A stretch of DNA of 64,000 bases from Eledone cirrhosa. Its lineage: Eukaryota. Below are positions 24,777 to 35,307 of this stretch, in pieces. A program made the translations under genes and the position numbers. The notes under the pieces were generated by a model, which did no database searches, was not told where the DNA came from, and saw only the letters and a list, made by a program, of their open reading frames with translations. How positions within the stretch are numbered: the stretch's first letter is position 1; each line of letters starts with the position of its first letter. The DNA is taken from NCBI GenBank assembly GCA_964016885.1, contig OZ024741.1, positions 41,292,001-41,356,000 on the forward strand. Reading direction: 5' to 3'.

Positions 24777-27508
24777 TTAAAGATGTTTGTAGAGATTGCC
24801 ACACAGACACAAATAATACTTTTATATTATAATGGATATCTTAACAGTTTCAAGGAACCAAATTTATTGGCAAGGTCTTGGTTGACCCATGGATATAGTA
24901 GAAGATATTTCTTCAACATGACTCACCATTGGATCAAACCTGGAACCATGTGGTATTGAAGCAAACTTCTTAACTATTCTCCAGTCCCAGATAATAGGGA
25001 GGAGTGGGGGTGGAATAAGTGGGTGTTTGGAAAAATGGTAATTTTTCTAGGTTGCCTCGGTTGTTTTTTTTAGAAACCAGAATTAGTTGTTTAGTTTACA
25101 TATTGAGACCCCAACCCACCCTATTTATTTTATAACATATGGGATTTCTAGTAATGTTCTTTTTTTTTGTCATGTATAATGTTTTTTAATGTCTAAAGAA
25201 AATTAAAATAAAATTTCACCGGAGATAGATTAGCAAAATTTAATAATCAGGAGGGTGGGGTGTATAAGAGTGGGGGTGGTGTGGAAAAAATATGAAAAAT
25301 TAATAAGTGAGGGGACGGACGGACCCAAGACTACACAACCTTGCAATATATATTCATATGTAGAAAATGGTTACTGATAACAAGCCAAAAATAATGAATT
25401 CCATTTGCAATATGGTAAAGATAAAAACAATAAAATAATATTAGAAAGATAATAGCATACTAATCTAAAAATATATATTGGAATGGACCTTCGCAATGAG
25501 GTGTCCAGTTGTTCAATCAATAGCGTAGCCTGCACATGAAATCAACATGTAAGGGGTTGAGCATTTCACAGATATGTGTATCTCTAAGCTCAGGAAGATT
25601 CGGCATGATAAAGTGTCAAGGCTGAACCATTGCACTACAAGTAAAAACTGTCTAACAGGCTTTAAAAAGCTTCCATTTATTCAACAGTTTTACTGAGAAA
25701 GCTTAGGTCAACCTGCTCAAGATGATACACATATGCAATGGTAAAGCAAACTTATTAGCCATTCAGTCATGCTGCATCCATTAATATATTAATTTCTGGA
25801 TAAATCTCCTATATTTGTTCATATTATTTCATGGAGTGTTTGCAGCAAAGAGTTATGGCCCTTTATGTTCTGAGTTCAACTCCCGCCGAGGTTAACTTTG
25901 CCTTTCATCCTTACGGGGTCAATAAAATAAAGAACCAGTAATACACTGGGGTAATTGCTGGCCTTTGAGTGTAATATTGTGAAGGTGCATGACCTAATAG
26001 GTAGGATGCTTGCCATACAATCATAATATCATCAGCTCAGTTCCTGAACAGGCTGCTGTGTTGTGTTATTGAGCAAATAATTTTATTTCATGTTGCTCCA
26101 GTACACTCAGATGAGATGAGTACCAGCTGTAGCTGGGAAGTTAATCCTGTGATAGACCAACGTCCTATCCAGGGAGAGTATTGCACTCTCAGTCACTTAA
26201 CACCAAGGAAACCAGGAATAAGCACCGGCCTAAAGAGACTTTGGCTGAGAATAGACTTTAATATTGTAATAAAAGTTATACACCACACTCTGTTATGTGA
26301 GATTGTGGAAGGCATTGTGGTCAATTAACCTTTTTGATACCAAACCACCTGAAAATCACCCCTAGTTCTGCAATACAAAATTGTTTGTTTTAAAGTGTTC
26401 ATATTAAACTACAAATCTTCCATCATAATTTTAGATAAGACACTCTGTTACTTTGTTATGTTATGCTCCAAATGCCAGCTTAATAATGAGAAAGTTGTTA
26501 CTAAATCTATCAAAATTTCTGATTATTTTCAAAATTATTTGTTCTTGTTCTTTGAGTTCAAATGTTGCTGTCTCCTACATGAGTGGGCTGAAATGTTCAT
26601 ATTTTGGCATGGTTTGTATGGCTGGATGTCCTTCCTAACACTAACTACTTTACAGAGTGTACAAGATTCATCCATTTTTATCATGGCACCGCTACTCCCA
26701 CTTCATAGAGTCTGCTGCATACATTTTATTGTGGAAATATGATAATAAAAGAAGTAAAGCTTCGGGAATTACAGAAACTATTCCTATTCTAATCACCAGA
26801 AATTTTATGAAACCAGAAACATTGAATGATGGTTTACATTTCAGGAATGGAAAGATTTTTAGAATGCGAGTTTAAAATAAAACATATCTCTTTTAGAATT
26901 ATGTAATGGTGAATTGAAAAATAGAAAAATAATTCTGAGGGGAAAATGGAGAAAAAGGGAGAAAAATTCACTAAAATATTAGATGATAGTTAAAATAAAA
27001 GAGGTCACTTTTAGAATATTTTATTACTGAATTGAATATTAAAACAAAAAGTTTTAAAAAATTATCATATACAGGGAAAAATCCCTGAAACTTTATCAAA
27101 CATTTGCAATATGAAAATCAACAGAAAAATTTTACAAAAGTGGCTTATTTCTCATAACAGAAATTTATTGTTGATGTTGGTGATTGTGTTGGTGCTGGTG
27201 TTTATGGTAGTGTTGGTGTTTTCTGGAGTCCAAATGAAATAGCTATTGACAGTGAATGAGTTTATGAATGAAGAACAAAAATATATATAAATGAAAAAAA
27301 CAAAACAAATAACCAATCTTTTTATGCCTTTATATTTTGAGATCTGCATATACGTACAAACATGCATACATACATAGAGAGAGAGAATAAGAGAGAACAA
27401 AATATATACAAAACATTGGGTGATATATTTTTAAAAAATTGTATTTTTTTCTTTACCTAAACATCATCAGTTTATCAACTGGATGATAAATGATATACAT
27501 ATGTATGC

Positions 27509-27556
<48 letters not shown>

Positions 27557-27666
27557 GTGTATGTGCATGTATTTATATATATAAAATTTACATTGAGAAA
27601 GATAAGCTGAAACATGTTACTACAGTAAATATTCCTTCTCACTCTTTCTCATATATACTCACACAC

Positions 27667-27759
<93 letters not shown>

Positions 27760-28448
27760 TTGTGTGTACACAGATACAAAAACACACAATTCCTGCCTCT
27801 TTTATTATGTTTTCTTTCTCTCATGTTTTTTCTTTGTTTTTTTTTTTGTTTTAACTCGAGCGCTATTTGATAGGAAAATTCTCTCCATTTGTCAGTAGTT
27901 TAAAAATTCTTGATGTGGAAAACAAATTCTCAAAATTAATCAAAACTGTGAGGAAACCTTCAGGATAATTCTCAATATCGCTTTATTATGGACCGACCAC
28001 AAGATGGAAGTGTGTTGAATGTTTTTCTTTGGCCATAATACATGCCACAATAATTAATCTCCATTTCAACCTAGCTAACAGCAGTTCACACCCAGCATTG
28101 CATTAACACATTCGTGACCATATTTCTAATGAAATACACTGTAATTAATTACTGAAGAGTTTGGAAAGATTTACTCAAATTATTAACTATTTCATCATTA
28201 AGATAGTATTTGCAACATAACTTTACAGAAGATTCATATAAAAGATTATATTGGAAGATTTTAATTTAGATAGGGGCTCTTTAAAATAGGTAGTTTTGTT
28301 TCATAGAACCAGAAGTGATTTTGCACAAGTTGATTTTAAAAGAGGCTAAATTGAGAATCAGGTTGAAATGAATGTAGCAGAGACATGGCTACTGTGTTGT
28401 TAAAAGGTTATTAGATTTGTTTTAAATCAAGTATATTTAGATATATAT

Positions 28449-28795
28449 GGAGGCACATGGCTTAGTGGTTAGAGCATTGGCCTTGCAATCGAAAGGTTGT
28501 GAGTTCAATTCTCAGACCGGGTGATGTGTTGTTTCCATGAGCAAGACACTTTATTTCACATTGCTCCAGTTTACTCAGCTGTAGAAATGAGATGATAGGG
28601 ACTGGGGTCCATATCATTCCACTGCAAAGTGGTCGTGGAGGTGCCACGGCAAAAAAAGCACCCAACACTCACTGTAAAATGAGGTTGGTGTTAGGAAGGG
28701 CATCCAGCTGTAGAAATCAAGCCAGAATCAGTTCCCGTCCCACCCTTGCAAGCAGGGAAAAAAGCGGACATAAAATGAAATGATGATGATGATGA
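28449..28795 (+). mobile_element. tRNA-derived SINE family 1
   Basis: Near-identical to 6443-6806, with A and B boxes, RTE-B tail and (ATG)n end. Confidence 0.9.
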
Positions 28796-28847
28796 TATAT
28801 TTGAGCATGACCAGGCTTTTAGCTTTCAACAAAATTAAAGCATGTAG

Positions 28848-28878
<31 letters not shown>

Positions 28879-28879
28879 A

Positions 28880-30090
28880 TATCTCCTGTTATCGAGTGTT
28901 TGATGTTGGTTTTTCGAGGGTTGTGTGTTGTGGTGTTGATTCAGATGTTGAGTGTACTCACTTGTGGATTGCTCAGTTGTGTAGAGTGTAGGAAAAAGAG
29001 ATTGAGGAGCTTGATACTGTGTTTACATCATTTTTTTGTGAACTTGATAGGTTGTATTGATGCAATTATGATACATAGGCTTGTCTTGAACAATTGTTTC
29101 AAGCTTTCACATTTGTGAGTCTATTCAGTTACGGAAATCTTTTAAACATCTAATTAACACCATCTGTATCCAATGTAGTTTTCTCTTGAAGTATGTTTTC
29201 TATTGCTTCAGTAATGGTAGAAATGGTAAATTCATACTGTTTTTGCTAACACAGAATCGGTAAACTTAGATTTTATACTACAAAAATTATTAATATAACT
29301 TGCTCCTAGAATGTCTCAGGAAAAGGAGACCCAGGAGTAGACCCTAAGCAAGATGGTTGGATAACATCTATGAGCTTGGCTGGTCAGGCTTAGGGATCCA
29401 ACAGGATCGGTTGGAGATGGTTGCTTCTGACAGGACCTGCTGGAAGCAGTATATAAGGACTCTGCCCCCATGACCCTTTCAGGAATAAGTGGGTGAAGAC
29501 GAAGAGAAGAGAGAGAAGTATGTTATCTTTACCTTCAGCAATAGCAGAATTGGTAAACTTAGATTTTATACTTTGTGAATTATTAACATAACTTACTCCA
29601 ATATGAATAATTTGTTGGCATGTTCAGTAAGTGTGTTTCTAGGTTGTTTTTTACTGGGGACTATCTGGTATTGTTAACATTGAATGTGTCAATATAAAAT
29701 GACACCAATGTTAATAATTTTTATCATTCTCGAAGAGATTGTGCAGATAATTTGATGAATTATCAGTGAATTGTACGTAGATAATGTAATTATATTTAAT
29801 GTTAATTTTTAATGTTAATTCTGAATAACTTGTATTTTTATCTGCACCAGTCGAAACTTATGTCAAAAATTAATGTTGTAAATTTGATATACATCTTTGG
29901 TTAACTTTCCCTAATCTTATATTATACTCTCTAATACTTTTGTCTTCAATTATCCTGACTTTATACAATGTCTTTCTATGTTGGAGTATTTCGACTGGCG
30001 TGATTGCTGATAATTATAATACATTGAGCCTAACCATATCTTGGTATAAATGACTTAAGTGGATACATCCATTTAGAATCTAATTCTTTA
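28880..30090. mobile_element. Highly degenerate retroelement relic, possibly Penelope-like, interrupted by an RTE-C fragment
   Basis: Minus strand TCTGCTATTGCTGAA (SAIAE, as in PLE GIY-YIG domains), inverted CCAGTCGAAA / TTTCGACTGG pair (~29847 and ~29988) and an HHR-like CGAAACTTATGTC. Bounded by (TA)n. No open ORF. Confidence 0.3.
29307..29516 (+). mobile_element. RTE-like LINE family C 3' fragment
   Basis: Homologous to 21745-22050 and 42580-42765; contains a degenerate RP..RP..RWLDNI segment, then ELGWSGLGIQQDRLEMVASDRTCWKQ; GAA-rich tail. Confidence 0.72.
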
Positions 30091-30124
30091 TTTATATATG
30101 TATACACACACACACACATATATA

Positions 30125-32368
30125 TCATCATCATCATCGTTTAACGTCCATGTTCCACGCTTGCATGGGTTTGGACGGGAGTTTTCCCACTTGAGGCAAG
30201 AGTGGTTGTCTTGCTCGCATAGGACTGTCTGGCGGGTTTTCTACAGCTGGATGCCCTTCCTAACACCAACCACATTTACAGTGTGGGACTGGTAGGTTTT
30301 TACCGTGTTGCCTACACGGCCACATTACAGCATGGACTGTATGTTTTTTTGTCGTGACACCTACACGATCTCATTTGTTTTGGCCTGGATGTTGTGGCAC
30401 CAACATAACTTTACATTGAAAGGGGCGGCGTGGATGGGGTGGGGGTGGTGGGACGGGGTGTATTTTGTTAGAGATGCCTACTGAGTGTAGTAGGTTTTAC
30501 TTTGTATTTAGGTAAGGCGGGTCTTCTCTATTACTGAGTACCGCCAAAGATCTCGGTCCAGTGACATTGTCTTAGAGAGGTGTAAGTGTGTGAGGTCGGA
30601 ATTTATCAGGTCGTGCCAGGTTTTTCTGGGTCTGCCTACTCCGTGGCTACCGTCTATCTTTATTGCCCTGCACTTTTTTATACAGCTGTCGTCTTTCATG
30701 TGCATCACGTGACCATACCAATGTAGCCTTCTCTCGAGTAAACAACATCTGATCCCTCTTATTTCTAATTTTTCCCTGAGTTCGTTTATGCTTTGCCGTT
30801 CACATATATTACTATTACACATCCAGCGGAGCATGCAAGCTTCGTTTCTCTCTAGTCTGCGTATATCCTCTGCACACAATGCCCAGGTCTCACTGCGATG
30901 CAACATTGCTGTTCGTATGCAGGCATCATACAGCCTGCCTTTCATTTTTAGGGAGAACCCTTTAGCAGCTAATAGTGGTATAAGCTCTCTGAACTTTTTC
31001 CATCCAGTTCTGACTTTAGCTACTGTACTTTCCAAGCACCCTCCCCCACTGCTGATTTTGTCACACAGGTAACGGAAGCTGTCCACTATTTCTATAGAAC
31101 GCTCTGCGCAATTGAAAGAGCTAGTATTTCGTGGGCACTTGCTGCTACTTATTGCACCAGAGCACCGGCCACATGTAAAATCTATGTTCTTAGTTAGCTT
31201 ACCTGTGATCCCACTACATCTTTTATGCACCCATACTTTGCATTTGGGACATAAAATGGAGTTTCTACCTACTCCTTTCCTACACACTGAGAATGGCCAT
31301 TTCCCGGAAGGAACCGGTGCCCTATTTTCTTTCCTACAAACTAGAACTTTAGTCTTAGCCAGGTTAATTTTAAGGCCTTTTGATTTTAGGCCGTACTTCC
31401 ATGTTTGGAATTACTTCTCTAGCTCGGCTATTGATTCAGCTATGAGCGTTAGATCATTTGCGTATAGGAGTTCCCATGGGCAGCCGGTCTTGAACTCCAC
31501 TGTTATAGCCTGAAGGGCAATAATAAATAGTAGGGGGCTAAGAACAGAGCCCTGATGAACACCAACTTTTATGCTAAACTCTTCACTATATTCATTGTTA
31601 AATCTAACCTTGCTGACTGTTTCTTTATACATGGCTTGTATAGCTCTCACAAGCCATTCATCAACACCTAGTTTTCTAAGGGCCCACCAGATAATCGAGC
31701 AGGGTATTCTGTGCTTTCTCCAAGTCAACAAAAGCTAAGTATAGGGGTTTACTTTTAGCTAGGTACTTCTCCTGTAGTTGTCGTACAATGAAAAGAGCGT
31801 CTGTGGTACTTTTGCCTGACACAAACCCAAACTGCATTTCATCTAGATCAATTCTCTCTCTGATTAGTTGCGCTATTACTTTTTCCGTGACCTTCATGAC
31901 CTGGTCGATTAATTTAATGCCTTTATAGTTACTCCTATCTAGGGCGTCTCCTTTACCCTTGTAGCAGTTAATGATGATGCTGCTACGCCAGTCCTTCGGC
32001 ACAACCCCATTCTGTATGACTTGGTTTACTATCCGGGTGACCATGGTGTGTCCCACCGTTCCAAAGGTTTTCAGCATCTCAGCAACTATTTCCGAAGGCC
32101 CAGCCGCCTTACCTGTCTTCATATCTTTGATTGCCTTACTTATTATACTACCTTCGACTAACACTGCTGGTCCCTCTATTGGATCGATGTGGGGGAGACT
32201 GTCTTCCTCCCATTTATTCTCCTCATTTAGTAGCCTTTCGTAGTGACACTTCCAAGCTACCTTCTTATCAGTGTCAGTGATGGCAAGTACACCATCATCA
32301 TTAAGTACACACTTCTCCCCGCCAATATCACGATTTTCCTTGACACATTGCCTAGCACATTGCCTCAC
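30125..32368 (-). mobile_element. RTE-clade LINE family A, 5'-truncated, with frameshifts
   Basis: ORFs 31676-32368 (KGKGDALDRSNYKGIKLI, MQFGFVSGKSTTDA), 31411-31731 (GVHQGSVLSP, YAND) and 30508-31287; 3' UTR and (ATC)n tail at ~30125-30140. Confidence 0.93.
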
Positions 32369-32440
32369 TTGTTTCGGCCTGGATGTTGTGGCGCCAACAT
32401 AACTTTACATTGAAAGGGGCGGTGTGGATGGGGTGGGGTA
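32369..32440 (-). repeat. Extra copy of the LINE's own 3' UTR segment joined to its truncated 5' end
   Basis: TTGTTTCGGCCTGGATGTTGTGGCGCCAACATAACTTTACATTGAAAGGGGCGGTGTGGATGGGGTGGGG matches ~30375-30445 in the same orientation. Confidence 0.85.
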
Positions 32441-32654
32441 TACACATACACATATACATACATATATATATATATACACACACATATATATATACATATA
32501 TATATACACACATATATATATATACACATATATATATATACACATGTATATACACACACATATATATACACATATGTATATACACACATATATGTATATA
32601 CACACATGTATATACATATATATATATACACACACACACACACATATATATACA

Positions 32655-32686
<32 letters not shown>

Positions 32687-32690
<4 letters not shown>

Positions 32691-32877
32691 GAAGGAAATG
32701 TGGTACGGAACGAGATGGACCATAATGCACCAAAGTACTCCATACTTAGGGTAGTAGAGGGGGTAATAGAAACGAGTAGCACCCCGACGGCTGAGCTCAA
32801 GCCGTTTCGACGGCTAATTCTGGACCAGAATTAGCCGTCGAAACGGCTTGAGCTCAGCCGTCGGGGTCCTACTCGTT

Positions 32878-32882
<5 letters not shown>
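32687..32882. mobile_element. Fold-back mini-element with a half hammerhead ribozyme (Penelope pLTR/retrozyme-like), copy 1
   Basis: ~80-bp unpaired segment, then near-perfect ~58-bp arms (32766-32823 / 32825-32882). The right arm reads CGAAACGGCT-tgagctc-AGCCGTC^GGGG (HHR GAAA, stem III and GUC). Flanked by (TA)n on both sides. Confidence 0.75.
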
Positions 32883-32934
<52 letters not shown>

Positions 32935-33035
32935 ATAAAATAAATTTGAAGACTAAAATCCAAAGAAGTCTCGAAGATCCTGTTAAGGGTGAAAGCAGCG
33001 ATTCTTTGCTTAAACTTTAATCTGTTATTTTAATA
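32935..33035 (+). mobile_element. Short element related to 56470-56753, with a possible HHR-like relic
   Basis: GAAGATCCTGTTAAGGGTGAAAGCAGCGATTCTTTGCTTAAACTTTAATCTG is shared with both arms at 56563-56725; lies between (TA)n tracts. Confidence 0.55.
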
Positions 33036-33078
33036 TATATATATATATATAAATTAGAATTGGTGCTCTGAAATAGCG

Positions 33079-33154
33079 ATATATGAATGTATATATATAC
33101 TGTATTTTGTAATACACTGTATGCTTAATTAAAAGCATTTTGAAGACCTTAAGC
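33079..33154 (-). repeat. Left inverted arm (copy of 34683-34756)
   Basis: Perfect 26-bp core TAATTAAAAGCATTTTGAAGACCTTA (33126-33151) versus 34686-34711, within a ~75-bp imperfect inverted repeat. Confidence 0.88.
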
Positions 33155-33155
33155 A

Positions 33156-34237
33156 TTCATCTCCAGGATGAAGCAGTGGAACTTGGTCAAAGAGGAAGTG
33201 CAGGTGACAAGTCAGCACAAACCTTTCTCAGCCTTTTACACTCTTAGGGATGGCCTCTGCTTCTGCCATGACGTGCCTGGACTGTTTGACGTTATTGGGG
33301 CACCGTTTGTGCCCAAGGAGTGGCAGCTATTTATAGACAGTTCCACCACAAGTTTGAAGGCTGTCCTCCTCCACAATGGAAACAAGTTCCAAACACTTCC
33401 TCTAGCTCATTCAGTCTGCCTGAAGGAAGATTACTACAATGTGAAAGTCCTCTTGGAAGCTCTGCAATACAACCAGTACAATTGGGAAATCATTGGAGAC
33501 TTCAAGATGGTGGCTTTCCTGCTTGGACTCCAAGGAGGCTTTATCAAATTCCAATGCTTCCTCTGCCTTTGGGACAGCAGAGCCACCTCTGACCACTACA
33601 AAAGAAAGAACTGGGAGCAGCGAACAGAATTTGTAGTTGGGACCCAGAACGTCATGTGGGAGCCACTGGTTGATCCCAGGATTGTGCTCATGCCGCCACT
33701 ACACATTGAGTTGGGCTTGATGAAGCAGTTTGTGAGGGCTCCCAACCAAGAATCAGCCACTTTTAAGTACCTTCTTGAGTTCTTCCCCAAGTTATCTGAG
33801 GCCCAAATTAAAGGTGGAATTTTTGTTGGACCTCAGATAAAGAAGGTGTTTGAGTCTACGGAGTTCTCCAATCAGCTCAATAGGATTGAGAGAACAGCAT
33901 GGAACTATTTCAAGGCAGTTGTTAAGGGCTTCCTGGGCAACTACAGAGCTAAAAACTACCAGCAATTGGTGCAGGATCTGATAAAGGCCTTTGGCGCCAT
34001 GGGATGCAGGATGTTGCTTAAACTCCATATGCTGGACGCTCACCTGGAAAAAGTCAAGGACAATATGGGCGCCTACTCAGAAGAACAAGGCGAACGATTC
34101 AACCAAGATGTGAAAGAGATAGAGCAGAGGTACCAGGGCCACTACAATGAAAAAATGATGGCGACTATATCTGGGGCCTAGTGTGGGAATGCGACCTGGA
34201 CTACAACCACAAATCCAGGAAATCCAGTCATTTCTGA
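33156..34237 (+). pseudogene. Chapaev3-type (CMC superfamily) DDE transposase, N-terminally truncated, with a C-terminal frameshift
   Basis: Motifs SRMKQWNL, LFIDSS..SLKAVLLHNGN, LLGLQGGF.K..CFLCLWDSRA, PPLHIELGLMKQFV, FPKLSEAQIKGGIFVGPQI and SEEQGERFNQD. A frameshift after EKMM hides DYIWGLV...KSRKSSHF* (stop 34235-34237). No N-terminal zinc-finger region. Confidence 0.85.
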
Positions 34238-34519
34238 TGTGTATAAGTTGCTTTATAAGTGTTATTTGTTTTTACTTGTTTGCTTTTGATAAGCTTGTGT
34301 AATAAAATAAATATATACTCTGTTGATTTAATTATATGAACTGATAAATCTTTAAAAAATATGGTTTTTCTTGAAAAGTATGCAAATTTCGAAATATCAA
34401 ACTCCTGACCACAAACCCAAACTTCTGATTAAATAATAGTGTTTTTTTTAATAATAATGGGATATAACAAACCAGGAAATAACAGTTAGAACCGGGGAAC
34501 AAAAATATGTTACACAGTG
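33156..34519 (+). mobile_element. 3' part of a Chapaev3-type DNA transposon, including its right terminus
   Basis: Transposase, AATAAA at ~34301, and end ...ATGTTACACAGTG|TTA at 34519, consistent with CAC...GTG termini and a TWA target site. The left terminus is absent. Confidence 0.75.
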
Positions 34520-34554
34520 TTATTACTGGAATTCTATAAGAATCTAACATTCAT

Positions 34555-34647
34555 AATTTTCGGCAAACAGGAGGAGTGGTGAGCTTTGATAAGTACCAAC
34601 AAGTATGAAACAGAGCTGTCAGCGTATCTCCCTGTTTGTTGAAAATT
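34555..34647 (+). ncRNA. Type I hammerhead ribozyme relic (core mutated)
   Basis: GCT-TTGATAA-GTAC-caacaa-GTAT-GAAACAG-ag-CTGTC^AGC has 2 changes from CUGAUGA, and stems I, II and III pair. It is enclosed by a 17-bp stem AATTTTCGGCAAACAGG / CCTGTTTGTTGAAAATT with 2 G-U pairs. Confidence 0.7.
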
Positions 34648-34682
34648 GAAGTAAATGACATTGTCGCTACTTTAAAATAATA

Positions 34683-34756
34683 GCGTAAGGTCTTCAAAAT
34701 GCTTTTAATTACACATACATTGTATTGTAAAATACACTATATATACATTCATATAT
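34683..34756 (+). repeat. Right inverted arm (3' end of the HHR-bearing pLTR-like segment)
   Basis: Reverse complement of 33079-33154; runs into (TA)n. Confidence 0.88.
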
Positions 34757-35258
34757 ATATATATTTATATATATATAACCTTGCAGATAATTGACCTAAT
34801 ATTTGAAAACAATGGTTTTTTCTACTCTTTTGTCGTTATTTCTTTTTTCTTTCTTCTTTTTCTTCTTGTTTATATATATTTCTTCATCCTGTTCACCCAT
34901 CTATATATTCATTGATATATGTATATATGTATTTTTTCTCTTTCTTTTTCTTATATATTTTTTTTGCATATCCTCTTCTTTACACACTCTCTTATATCTC
35001 TAATTTGCTCCAAGTCCTTTTCTTCTTTAAGTTTATCATATTATTATTTGTGGTATATAAATGTTGAGATTTCATGAAATAAATCACTGCCAATACTGGA
35101 ATTGAAATATCAAGACCGTAGAGAGGTATGTCATATATCAAATCATATATTTTATTTGACGAGGACGTACTGGAAAAAAAACAACACAGTACCTTTGAAA
35201 TATATATAATAAAGCATATATTTTGATTATGTGAATATCTTCATTTGTTAATATTTTG

Positions 35259-35299
<41 letters not shown>

Positions 35300-35307
35300 T
35301 ATATATC

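Noticed and set aside
33079-34756. The ~75-bp inverted repeats as TIRs of the Chapaev transposon
   Set aside because: They lack CAC...GTG ends, the left arm cuts into the coding sequence, and the real right terminus is at 34519.
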